64,000 bases of DNA from positions 62,001 to 126,000 of the forward strand of contig JAVKOQ020000049.1 in NCBI GenBank assembly GCA_031835245.2. The letters run 5' to 3'. Under the pieces are notes generated by a model, which saw only the letters and a list, made by a program, of their open reading frames with translations, did not search any database and was not told the origin of the DNA. The DNA is from Balamuthia mandrillaris. Lineage: Eukaryota. The translations under genes and the position numbers were made by a program. Below are positions 25,601 to 36,883 of this stretch, piece after piece. Each line of letters begins with the position of its first letter. Positions within the stretch are counted from its first letter, which is position 1.

Positions 25601-26783
25601 CTACACGGCGAAATAAAACAGCAACATTCCACCGATAAAGTATGCGAGCAAGAGGGCCAAGGACAGAGGAATGGTGACCTTGTAGTTGAGGGTGTTGGTG
25701 TGGGAGAACAGAACGCCACCCATGATGGCGCCCACCACCAAGCCGCCAAAATGGCCAGCTGCATCGATGATACTCACCTTTTGTTCAACAACAAGAGTTA
25801 GTAACGAAATAAACAGAGGATCAAGACAAGGGGTTGTTACAGCGGAGATGAGCATGATAACGACGATGGGAAGGATGGCCATTATCAGATTGGTCTTTCT
25901 AATTCGTGGATCGAGGTTATGCCATTCCAACACTATTTTGGTGAGGTTTCCGCCCAACAGTCCCATTAACGCTATTCAGTAACAATAACCAAAATTAAGT
26001 CTTCAAGATGAAGAAAGAAGAAACGAAAGCATAAGGCTGAGGAGGGAGAGGAGGAAGAAGAAGACGAAGAAAGCAGAAGAAAAAAGAATAGAAGAAGAAG
26101 TAGGAGAAAAAGAAGAAGAGAAGAAGGAGAAAAAGAACAAGAACAAGAACAAGAAGAACAAGAAGAACAATGAAGAACGAAGAACGAAGAACGAAGCGAA
26201 GAATGAAGAAGAGAATGAAATGCAACCTGTAGAGGCTCCAACGCTGATGCTTCCCGGTCTCAAAAGACAACTCATGAGGTTTCCTCCCACGGCGGAGACT
26301 GTATAGAGGGCAAAGAAGCGGAGTACGCCCCATTCCCGCTCCATCAGCAAACCAAATCGCAGTTGGAACAACAGATTGAAGAACAAATGGATGATGCCCG
26401 CATGCAAAAACACTGTTGTTGCGTGTTTTCGTGTTATGTTAACAAATAAGAAACATTCACGTCAAAAAGGAAAAAAACCAAAGAGTTTTACCCGGAGTGA
26501 TGAATCTCCAGACTTGATAGTCTTCTTTGATAAGGTCGACGTCTTTGGCGCCCAGTTTGACGAGAGTGTCGGTGGGAGGGCCAATCATTGGGTTTTCATG
26601 CAAAGGAGCAAAGCCGCCCATGGCCAATGCTTCCACCAACATTACCACCTATTTGTGAGATGTAAGAGAAGAAAATAAAGAGCGAGAATGAGGAGAGAAA
26701 AGAGAAAGATGAGGAGAGAGGGAGAGAGAGAGAGGAGAGAGGGAGAGAGAGAGAGAAGAGAGAGAAGAAAAGAGCAGAGAGGG

Positions 26784-26820
<37 letters not shown>

Positions 26821-26847
26821 AAAGAGCAGAGAGGGAGAACAGGAGAG

Positions 26848-26898
<51 letters not shown>

Positions 26899-27371
26899 AG
26901 AGAGGGGGGAAAGGAGGGATAGAGAGCGAACGAGAAGCTGACCTGAACGATGGAAATCAATGCACAGAAGGATAGCAAAGTCTTGAGGGCTTTGGTTCGA
27001 TTGGACATGAAGAAGCAAGGGCAGCAATGCATGCAACACAATTGCCCAGTGGTGGCAAATGGCCTCTCCTTGAACTCCTCCATAGACACCATCCTCTCCT
27101 CGCCCTCCAGCCCTGCCCAACAAACCATAAGGACAACGTTAACAACAAAAAAAGAGAGAGACTCACAAAAAAAAACCCACAACGAACCTTGAAGACGAAT
27201 GAAGTAACGTGAGGAGGTGTCTGGATAAGAGGAAGGCAAAGAGGGAGAACGGCTCCAGCCATCGTCATAAGAAGAAGTAGTAGAGGAGGCAGTGGCCCAA
27301 GGGTTGGGTATGGCCGCTCTATTGGGTCCTCCAGACTCTCTGTAGTCTGCCAAAGTGTGTATGTTGCTCAT
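25601..27371 (-). CDS. Rhomboid intramembrane serine protease (ROM1-like), multi-exon
   Basis: WRFITPVFLHAGIIHLFFN, catalytic SVGAS(T) and AGHFGG motifs, multiple TM helices. N-terminus MSNIHTLADYR. Confidence 0.92.
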
Positions 27372-27723
27372 CCTCTGTTTTCTCTTGTGGTTGAGCGTTT
27401 CAATGTGCTTCTTCTTCTTCTTCTTGTTCTTGTTCTTCTTCTTCTTCTTCTTCTTCTTCTTCTTCTTCTTCTTCTTCTTCTGCTTTCGGTGTTGTTAGTG
27501 GTTTGGTTCCTTCTCTCTGCTCTTTTTTCTTTTTGTTTTCGTTTGATGCCGCAGAAATTTGAATGAAAACTCTGCCTCTTAACCTAAAAGCGAAGAAACT
27601 GAGGTCAACAATAGCTCTTGTTGTTAAGGGATCGTGCTTCTTTTGAGGAGCAAAGAAGTAGCAGAGCCAGCACAAAGTAGCAGAAGAAGTAGCGAGGAAA
27701 GCGAGAGAGAGAGAGAGAGAGAG

Positions 27724-28141
27724 ATGAAGCTCCCAAGGGAGTTGGACGCTGGGAAAGTATAGTGTTTGGTTTCGTTGTTTTCTGTGTGTATCTTTTTCAC
27801 ACTCGGTTTTAACCTTTGTTTTTCTTACTTGTAACAGGATTATGGCGAAGGGAACGAATGGTGGGCCGACAAGTTCTTGTACCCGAACGGCTGGGAGAAG
27901 ATGTACTTTCGCAAAGTGGCCCTTCTGGTACTGTCCACGATATCGTGGGGTGTCTCCCTTCTCGCTTTGCAAAAAAAAAAAAAAAAACACACTCTTTGCT
28001 AAACTGTTGTTCATTCAGGAGGAGTCAGAGGACGTGAAGCGGAGGACAAGCGGGCCACACAGCCTGCTCACCATGATTCTCTTTCTTATGTTCATACTTC
28101 TTTGTAACACTTTGTTCGAGCTCGGCATCTTGGAACGTTGA
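27724..28141 (+). CDS. Small (~81 aa) hypothetical protein with C-terminal hydrophobic helix, 3 exons
   Basis: ATG at 27724 plus two GT-AG introns give MKLPRELDAGK|DYGEGNEWWADKFLYPNGWEKMYFRKVALL|EESEDVKRRTSGPHSLLTMILFLMFILLCNTLFELGILER*. Confidence 0.55.
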
Positions 28142-28572
28142 TAGCAGTGAAACACCTCTTCTTGTTCTTCTTCGTTCTTCGTTCTTCTTCTTCTTCTTGG
28201 TGTTGTTGGTTTTAGAGAGGAGCTACCGACTGCGTTCCACACAAATCAACCAAGGCAGTGTAGCAGATGTCGTCGCCTCCACGCATGACCAACCCCTTTT
28301 CACCACCCTCTCCGCATTCTCCCAGCGTACCCCGTTGCTCCCATCGTGACGACCGACATGACCATCGCCACCATCGTACCATCATTGCCATCATCCTCGT
28401 GGCCGTTCGTACAAAAGGTTACCTCTTGCTGCGCTTCAGGCAAGTCTTGCTGCACTTCTCCCTCTCGAGAGAAAGGGAGATGGGGTCGGAGATGTCTCTG
28501 TGGTTAAGTTGGAAGAGCTGAGGGTGGGCGCTAGGACAAACTTTAGCCGCGTGCGTTCTCCTGTTTGGATAC

Positions 28573-28610
28573 TGACGTCAGGTTTTTCCCTTTTGTGGTG
28601 CTGCTGACGT
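28573..28610. promoter_or_regulatory. CRE-like TGACGTCA plus TGACGT upstream of the sirtuin
   Basis: TGACGTCA at 28573-28580 and TGACGT at 28605-28610. The same motif occurs in other upstream regions. Confidence 0.45.
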
Positions 28611-28802
28611 GGTTAGGGGAAGAAAGCACAAAATCAGCGAAGAGGCGGGTTTAGAAGAAATGCAACAAAGAAAGAGGGAAGGACTTCTTTTTTTTTCAGT
28701 GCTTTTTGTTTTGTTAGGCCAAGTTTTTAAAGCCCACCCTTAAGGTGAAGGTCCCCTCCTCTCTTTCTATTATTTCACAATAGGAACCACATTGCGAAAC
28801 AA

Positions 28803-29942
28803 ATGGACGGAGCACTACAAGCAGCCATCCAAGACTTTGACAAAGAACAACTGAAAGAAACCACCACGGTTGTCCAACACGCCCCGGTGGTTGCGCCAAG
28901 CAACAACAACAATGACTTTGCCAGCGTTGTGGGCGCTCCAGATGAGGAGGAAGTGAAAGAGTATCACATGCAGGAGGAGGAGTTTCTGGAGAGGGTGGCC
29001 GCCTTCGTGGCACTCCTCCAGCAGAGTAAGCACTTTGTGGTGTACACAGGGGCTGGAGTCAGCACCGCCGCCAAGATCCCCGACTACCGCGGACCCAAAG
29101 GTGTGTGGACTCTCAAGGCCAAGGGTGAGCGCCCCAAAATGGAGATAACCCTGGAGCAGGCCATGCCTACCTACACCCACATGGCTTTGGTGGAGTTGGC
29201 CAAGCAGGGCCTTCTCAAGCACGTGGTCAGCACCAATGTGGACGGGTTGCACCGTCGCTCGGGGCTTGGCAAGGACTTGTTGTCGGAGCTGCACGGCAAC
29301 ATCTACAGGGAAGTCTGCAGCAACAGCAAGTGCGGGGCTGACTTTATACGCCCCTTCAACGTCACCAAGAGCGCCTTCCGGCGCCAAACGGGCAGGTTGT
29401 GCCCTCTGTGCAATGCCAAGCTGGTGGATTCCATTGTCAACTTTGGAGAGATGCTGCCAGAGGCCGAGCTGCAGAGCGCCCAGGAGCACTCCCAGAAGGC
29501 CGACCTAACTTTGGTGTTGGGTTCCAGCATGAGGGTCAGCCCCGCCTGCGAGCTGCCCTCCATGTCTTACAAGCAAGGCAACCCGTTCTGCATTTGCAAC
29601 CTGCAAAAGACCCCCTTTGACCACAAGACCGAACGCAACGGCGGGCTTCGCTTCTTCGTGGAGTGCGATACTTTCATGAGGGCAGTGATGGAGCGGTTGG
29701 GCCTGGAAGTTCCCGAGTGGAAGCAGAGCGAGGCGGACTTGGAAGCTGAGCTGATGGACACCATAGTACCGGATCCTGACTTTGATACCTCCTCTGTTCT
29801 TTCCAAGTATAATGTCTACAGCATGGCCGATGATGGACCTCCTCCACCCCAAGTGTTGAGGGCCATTCAGCATGGCTTCCAGTTGCGGCATGTGGAGGTG
29901 GCAGAGAGACAAGCAGAAGGCTTGGGACGGGTTGTGGAGTAA
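28803..29942 (+). CDS. Class IV (SIRT6/7-like) NAD-dependent sirtuin with N-terminal actobindin/thymosin-like and C-terminal WH2-like motifs; intronless
   Basis: TGAGVSTAAKIPDYRG, STNVDGLHRRSG, ELHGN, Zn cysteines (CSNSKC..CPLC), LGSSMRVSPA, NLQKT. Flanks are LQAAIQDFDKEQLKETTT and PPPPQVLRAIQHGFQLRHV. Confidence 0.93.
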   Translation: MDGALQAAIQDFDKEQLKETTTVVQHAPVVAPSNNNNDFASVVGAPDEEEVKEYHMQEEEFLERVAAFVALLQQSKHFVVYTGAGVSTAAKIPDYRGPKGVWTLKAKGERPKMEITLEQAMPTYTHMALVELAKQGLLKHVVSTNVDGLHRRSGLGKDLLSELHGNIYREVCSNSKCGADFIRPFNVTKSAFRRQTGRLCPLCNAKLVDSIVNFGEMLPEAELQSAQEHSQKADLTLVLGSSMRVSPACELPSMSYKQGNPFCICNLQKTPFDHKTERNGGLRFFVECDTFMRAVMERLGLEVPEWKQSEADLEAELMDTIVPDPDFDTSSVLSKYNVYSMADDGPPPPQVLRAIQHGFQLRHVEVAERQAEGLGRVVE

Positions 29943-29998
29943 AAACAGATGAACGAAAGAATGTTGTTGCTTGTCCATGTACAGAAAACAAAGAGTTG

Positions 29999-30049
29999 TC
30001 ATGATGATCGAAAAAACCAATCTTTTGGACTCGTAGATCGTTGTCCTGT

Positions 30050-30087
<38 letters not shown>

Positions 30088-31070
30088 AGTTCACAAAGGT
30101 GATTTTGATAAAAAGAGAGGTTCACCAAACCAGAGAAAGACGCCGAGCGAGCAGGTTTCCATAACCTCTTGTTAAGTGCATCCAACGGAGATAGCAGACC
30201 CTCGCTCTCTTTTTCTTTCTCTTTTCGGTCTTCTTCATCTTCGTCATCATAGTTACGATTCATGAGAGCAAAGCTGTTTCTGGGAGAGAGCTTAGTTGCA
30301 TTTTGCAAACAGCCTATCCAGTGTGACATGTCTTCAGCTGTGTCGCAAGATATGTAATGCAATCTTCCTCCTTCGAGAGGTACTTCGATTATGAGGCAGT
30401 TGTCCCGCCATCGTTCCTCTTTGCCGGTGGCAACTCTTACGTTTGCGCCTGTCAGGCCAAGCACTTTTCTTGGGTGTGGGTCCTATTGATAGGAGACACA
30501 AATAAAAACATATGTGAGAAAATCAGCAATAACGCACTAGTGTGAAGAGAGAATGAACCTGTGTGGTCTCATAGTAGTACAAGAAACAATCTTTTAGCAT
30601 TAGCCAACGTCTCACCCATGTCATCCGCATCTTGCTAGTGGACACCCATCCCTCCTTTTCCGGATTCACAATGCTTGTTGGGCAACTCGTCTTTGTAAAG
30701 AAAAAATTATTCACGTTTAGATAAACAGAAAGAAGCAACCAAAATAAGAAGGAAGCAACGAAAAACATAGAATGTAACATAAGACTAACCCGAGCAAGCA
30801 TCACTGATTGTTTAAATAGGTTGATTGTAAACTCAACAGGTTCGTGTTGGAGCCACGGTTCTCCGTCTATCTTACAAGGCATTGGTGGAGATCCTTCCTT
30901 ATATGTGATTCGAATACGACTGCCTTGAGCCAACCTGACTCCATATGTATTGCCTTTACCTTGATTATCCAAGGCCATTCTCGCCTTTGTAGATTATTTT
31001 ATAAATAAAACCAATAAATGGAAACTGGTTGAGGGAGAGAGAGAGGGGGGAGGGGAGGGAGGGAGGGAGG

Positions 31071-31125
<55 letters not shown>

Positions 31126-32277
31126 GATGTACCAAATGAAAAGCATTGATGATGCCAATAACTTCAATATGTCCATCGTTGATAGAAGGAACTCTCCATC
31201 GCTCGTCGTTGGGAGTTCCCCACAGGCTGATTCCGCCAGAATATGTTGTCAAGTTCAACACAACTATCCCTTGAAGATCAGAAGGAAGGTCTATTCCACG
31301 CCCATCGACCTATTTCGTATTAACTTTGAAGTTCAGATAAAGAAACAGGACAGAAAGAAACAAAGCAATAAAGAAACCTCCAAAGAAAGCACATCGGCCA
31401 AATGATTGATTTCGGTAAAGGTTTCAACGACAGTCGTTTTGAGTGTGTACGAGGCATACCTTATTTGTTGTGAGCAAACAGGTATTCGACACAAATAAAA
31501 AACTAGCATAGAAACTATGATATCATATCAAAACTAACCATAACTTGTTGATACCACGTTGAGTGAAGAGACCTGGATTCTTCTCTCTTGTGTTGTGAAA
31601 CTCTAGCGCCACTTGAGAATCAGCAAATCCTATGTTTCAGTTGTAAGTATTAAATTATGAGTTCAGTTCTGTGGTGTCGGTCAACCAACCTAAGGTGAGA
31701 TAATTGTTCAACACGTGAGTCTCAGCTGGTTTTGAACTATCTGCTGGTGTCATCACCACTTGCCACCTGTAACATAAAATAAAGTCGGCATAAACAAACA
31801 GCAACAAAAGAAGCAACTAGAAAAAAAAAGTGAATAAGCAGAACAAGAAGAAGGATAACCTGTCCAACAGGACAGGAGTAGCGGCGTATATTTTTTGGAG
31901 GATTGGTATTAGACTGTCCTTTCGCATGAACATGCCATCGCCCGTATAGCCTCCACCCCAACCCAATCCTCTCGCTGATGATTTGAAGAAAGAAGAAAGG
32001 ACAAAGCAGAAATAAGACACGAGAAGAAAAATAGCATAACAACATCAGGACAACACGTTGACGAACCAATGTCGTTGCCAGTGCCCAACGGAAGAATACC
32101 AACGGGAGGATTCTGTTGGAACCCCATTTTGTCCATCGCCTCCTGTAATAGGGACGCAGGACTTCAGTCGTTCTTTTTCACCAAACAACAAAGACAACGA
32201 ACCAAGCAAGAGAGAGAACCCAACAGAAAGAAGAACGAGAAGAGGGAAGCGTGGAAGAACTGGAGCGAATGACGCCA

Positions 32278-32309
<32 letters not shown>

Positions 32310-32720
32310 GAGAGAACGAAAGAAGAGAAAGCGGAAGAAGAGAAAGGAGGACACAGAAACGCAAAGAAGGAAGGAGAACCAGTATCCATTTGCCAGTGCC
32401 ATCACCACCGCAGGCTAATATGTACAAATTGCTGGAGTTCTGCTTAAACTTTGCAAGAGCGCTCTCCGGTCCACCTTCGTTGATGATGTCCACCACTTGT
32501 TCCGGCGGCAACAACGTCCTTAGCTTTGGCAACAGAGCAAGTCCCTTGTTATTCCATAAAGGGCCATATATAACGGTTAATAACAAGGAGAGAAGGCGGT
32601 CAGGAGGAAGGAAATAGCGGAAACCTGTTTGCCACCACTTTTCACGTTGACGAACACCAGGAGGAGTATGTCCTTCTTCTCCAAGGAGGCACGAGGGCTA
32701 GAGGGCCGTGACAAGAACAT
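29999..32720 (-). CDS. Diacylglycerol kinase (DAGKc + DAGKa) with C-terminal PH domain, multi-exon
   Basis: LVFVNVKSGG, LACGGDGT, ILPLGTGNDIARGLGWG, NNYLTLG, LNLTTYSGG, KIDGEPW, then PH (KEGWV..WVRRWLMLKD..LYYYE..EDMSHWIGCL). Last exon and stop inferred. Confidence 0.9.
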
Positions 32721-33052
32721 GGCTACCTTTCTTCTTGCTTCCTTCCACACAACTGCTTATATTTCGATCTGATCAGCTTTAATTAAATGGTTCATGTCGT
32801 CATGAAAAAGAATCTCTTCTCATGAAATTCCCCTAGGGTCGGGTGACGTCAGTAACCATTCCTGATCGATACTTGGTATATGTTCAAATGTGTCTATTGA
32901 AATCCTAGTTGAATTAGCATAAATCAATTTGGACTAGATAAAGGAGAGAGGCAATCCCTTCGAAGTCCCCATGTTGTAGCATGTTCCGGAATCACCGTAA
33001 TCTTAGTTGGAGTGAAAAGAAACAAAAAAAAAAAAAGAGTAGCGAAAAAAGC

Positions 33053-34347
33053 ATGGAAGGAGAAGGAGCGCACCAGGAAGCCAGCACTGCCCTGGATCAC
33101 CCAGCGGAAGATGATGCGGCCGCCGCCGATTCCTCCGAGTCCTCTACGGAGCCGGCCTTCTTCCCTCACCCGCTGCAGGACCGCGCCGCCTCCCGCACCA
33201 ACGCCATCGTCCAGCACGTCCTTTCGGGAGGAGGAGGAGGCGACGACGCGGGAGGAGCAGGCAGCCTCAGCGGAGCCGGCGTAGTCGGCGGAGACATTCG
33301 TGTGGTGGCCGTGTCGAAGAAATCATCCTCAGTGGACGCTTCCCTCGCCAACGCTGCCCCCAAGAAGAACAAAGTGAAATTCATTTTGGAGGTGGAGCCC
33401 TTTGAGTTTGATGCGAACCTGCTGGCCAGGTACATCTACGGGCAGTACTATCCCGTTAGGCAGCAGGTGTTGGACCACCTGAAGGACCACCCGCTGTTCC
33501 CCTTTGAGTTCCAGCTCACAAAGGAGCAGCATCGCGCTCGCACTTTAAAACAGGTTATTCTCTCTTCTGAATTTTCGCTTTCTTTGTCTGCTTTCTCCTT
33601 TCTTCTTTCTTCTTTCTTCATTCTTCATTCTTTTTCATTTTCTTTGGAGAACTGATGATAAGCAAAAATGGTACTGCAGGTAAAATATTTGGTGGAGAAG
33701 AAGATACTGTCATTGAACTTGTTAAGAGACGAGCCATTGGCGTACATCGCTGTAGGCGATGCCATCAACTATTACGACACTTCTCTCAACATCAAAGCTG
33801 GCGTTCATTTTGGCCTCTTTGGTGGTTGCTTGATGGTTTGTTGTTAACGCTGTTGATGTTTTTATTTTTAAAACTGAGTTTTGCCTTTAAAACTCAAACG
33901 AACAAACATCAGAACCTTGGCTCGGAGCGTCATATTCAAAAGTACTGGGATGTAACTAACGACTTTACAATGGTTCTCTCTCTTTCACGCTTCTTATCTC
34001 TCATTTCTGTTTCTTGTTTCTCTCTCTCTCTGTTCTGTCTATCATGGTTTTCTTTGTCGTTGCTCATGCTATGATTGCCTTCTACAACCATGTATTTTCA
34101 TGATTTTCTAGCCGGGTTGCTTCGCGATGACAGGTTTGTTTGTTTTGTTTTGTTTTGAAAGCCTTCTTCCTCTCATCACAATGTCTACCCCTTTGTTGTT
34201 TCTCGCTTATTGGTAAAAGAATTGGGACATGGTTCCAACGTACAGGGCCTTGGCACCACAGCTGTCTATGATAAGGCCACCCAAGAGTTTGTCATCAACA
34301 CTCCTCGCCGCACTGACAGAAAATGGTGGATTGGAAACTCTCGTATG

Positions 34348-34385
<38 letters not shown>

Positions 34386-34977
34386 TTGTTATGATAACAA
34401 ACAAAACGCAAAACAGAAAACGCAAAGAATGCAGTTGTATTTGCTCAACTTTGGACAGAAGGCAAATGCCATGGTGTGCACGCCTTTATTGTCAACCTTA
34501 GGCCCAAAGACAGTGATGCCACCAACCCAGGCATCACCATTGGCGACTGTGGCGATAAGATGGGTCTCAATGGTGTCGACAATGGATGGATGGAGTTCAA
34601 GGATGTTCGTGTTCCTCGAGCTGACCTGCTGAACAAGTTTGGCGACGTGAAGCCAGATGGCACTTATACCACCCCCATCAAGTCCGACAGTAAGGACCCA
34701 ACCGTTTTTCCGCATTTGCCTTCTTGTTCTTTCTTTATTTTCTGTCTTTCTTTCTACTGATTTTGCCTCCTTTAAACAAAATAGTGAAGCGGTTCGGTTT
34801 GCAATTGGCAGCTTTGACGTTGGGCAGAATTTCTTTGACGGCTGGTTCTAACAATATGTTGAAGACTGCCCTCACCATCGCCATTCGCTACTCCGCTACC
34901 CGCAAACAATTCGGTCCCCCTGGCAAACCCGAACAATGTCAGTATTCTCTTCTTTCTTCTCATTTCATCTCCTCTGA

Positions 34978-35014
<37 letters not shown>

Positions 35015-35811
35015 AGCTTTACAAATACTTATTGAACAAAAAAAAAAAACATATAGCTATTCTAGAGTTTACTTCTCAGCAAAGAAGATTAATGCCACGT
35101 CTTGCAAACTGTTACGCCAACATCTTCGTCTGCCAATACACCACCAAGCTCTACAGCGAGGCCGATCGCAGTGACAAGAAAGTCATTCAAGAGATCCATT
35201 CCTTGTCCGCCGGCACCAAAGCCCTCGCCAGTTGGGCCACCCAAGAGGCCATTCAGGTCTGCAGGGAGTGCTGCGGAGGGCAGGGCTATGCTGCCTACAA
35301 TCGCTTTGCCGCTCTGAAGAACGACCATGACATCTTCCAGACGTTCGAGGGGGACAACACGGTGCTCATGCAGCAAGTGGCGAAGGATCTTGTTACTCAA
35401 TTCCAGAAGCAGTTCATTGGCAATGAGTTTACTGGTTTGTCTTGTTCATTTATTTATCTTCCTTTTCTTTATTCTTTCTCCTCTCTCCTTCCTTCTTCTG
35501 TCCTTTCCTTCTCCTTTTTTCCTTCCTCCTCTAGCGCTCCTTCAAGCAAACTTACAAAACAGAGCTTTTAAAAAATAAATAGGAGCATTTAAGTACTTGA
35601 CAAAACAAATGAGATTGGTGTTCATGCAACGCAATCCAGTGACGACTTACCTGACCAGCTGGAAGCATCTGATGAGGCAGGACTTCCAGCTCCAAGCTTT
35701 TGAGTTTCGTGCTGCCCGCCTGTTGCAAGCGGGTGCATTCCGTCTCCGCAACAAACTTGCCAAAGCCAACGGAGACATGTTCACCGCTTGGAACCAATGC
35801 TGTACGTGTCT

Positions 35812-35862
<51 letters not shown>

Positions 35863-36300
35863 GTCGTTTCTCTTCTTTTTTAAAACTAAAACCCGCCACA
35901 TAAAAAAAAAACTAAAGTGCCAGAGCTTCTTCACTTGGCCAAAGCGCACGTGGAACGAGTGGTCCTCAAGAAGTTCATCAAGGCGGTCAAAGACTGCCCC
36001 GACCCGGAGACCCAAAAAGTGCTCAAGCTGCTGTGCGACCTCTACGCCCTGACCAGGATCGAGGAGGACATTGGTGTCTTCCGCAACCACGAGTACATCA
36101 AGACCAACAAGGCCAATGCCATCTCCAAGCTGGTCACCGCGCTCTGCCAGGAGCTGAGCAAGCACGCCGTGGCGCTGGTGGACGCCTTCGAGATCCCGGA
36201 CCATCTGCTGTTGGCGCCATTGGCGTTGAAGGAGGGAGACCCCTTGGAGAACACGTTGGCTTTTGTGGAGCAGAGGTATGAGACGTATCCAAAGTTGTGA
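33053..36300 (+). CDS. Peroxisomal acyl-CoA oxidase, multi-exon
   Basis: [76 protein letters not shown]-terminal PKL (PTS1-like). Confidence 0.95.
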
Positions 36301-36420
36301 AAGCTCGATGAAGAACGAAGAGAGATGAGAAGAAAGAGATTGGTTTTGGGTGATGTATAATGACGATCAACTAGGGTATCAACATTTTGTTTTTGTTTTT
36401 TTAAGTTGGAGGACTTATTT

Positions 36421-36708
36421 TCAAGAGGAAGAAGAGGGGGAGTGCTGTTGTTGTTGTTGTTGTTGTTGTTGGTGCGACGAACTGATGGAAGAGAACTTTT
36501 GGAGACACCGCTGATGCAGTTTGATCTCGCGCTTGCACTTGTTGCTGTCGTAGCGGTTGCGAGCCAAACAGTCCTGAATGTCACAAGCAAGCTTTCTACA
36601 CACTGCGTACTTGTCCTCTTCGGCGGCGGACTGCTGCAGCCGCGGAGCTGCCGAGAGGCTTCCCTGTGGTGGTGTGTCGGCGTTTTCTTCTTTCTTTTTG
36701 GCTTCCAT
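36421..36708 (-). CDS. Twin Cx9C mitochondrial intermembrane-space protein (CMC4/MTCP1-like)
   Basis: CRKLACDIQDCLARNRYDSNKCKREIKLHQRC: two Cx9C motifs with the AC-IQ-CL pattern. Confidence 0.8.
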   Translation of the reverse strand: MEAKKKEENADTPPQGSLSAAPRLQQSAAEEDKYAVCRKLACDIQDCLARNRYDSNKCKREIKLHQRCLQKFSSISSSHQQQQQQQQQHSPSSSS

Positions 36709-36883
36709 CGATGGGGGTTTTTTTTTGTTCACAATAGTTTTGTTCATTTATCGATTATCAGAGAAAAAAGGACGTGAGGTGCATATATCGTTCGTGACGA
36801 CGCAAAATAATGACGACTGAAAATAATTATCCAGCAGTCATAATAATTATTATCGAACCGCAAAACGCCTCTGCTCTTTTTTT

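Noticed and set aside
28815..29489. 224 aa minus-strand ORF within the sirtuin (and similar ORFs in FAD2, GST and ACOX)
   Set aside because: Antisense shadows expected from GC3-rich codon usage.
29505..30000. Apparent long overlap of the DGK reading frame with the sirtuin
   Set aside because: A phase-1 intron after ..SASFS gives a stop at 29999-30001, so no coding overlap is needed.
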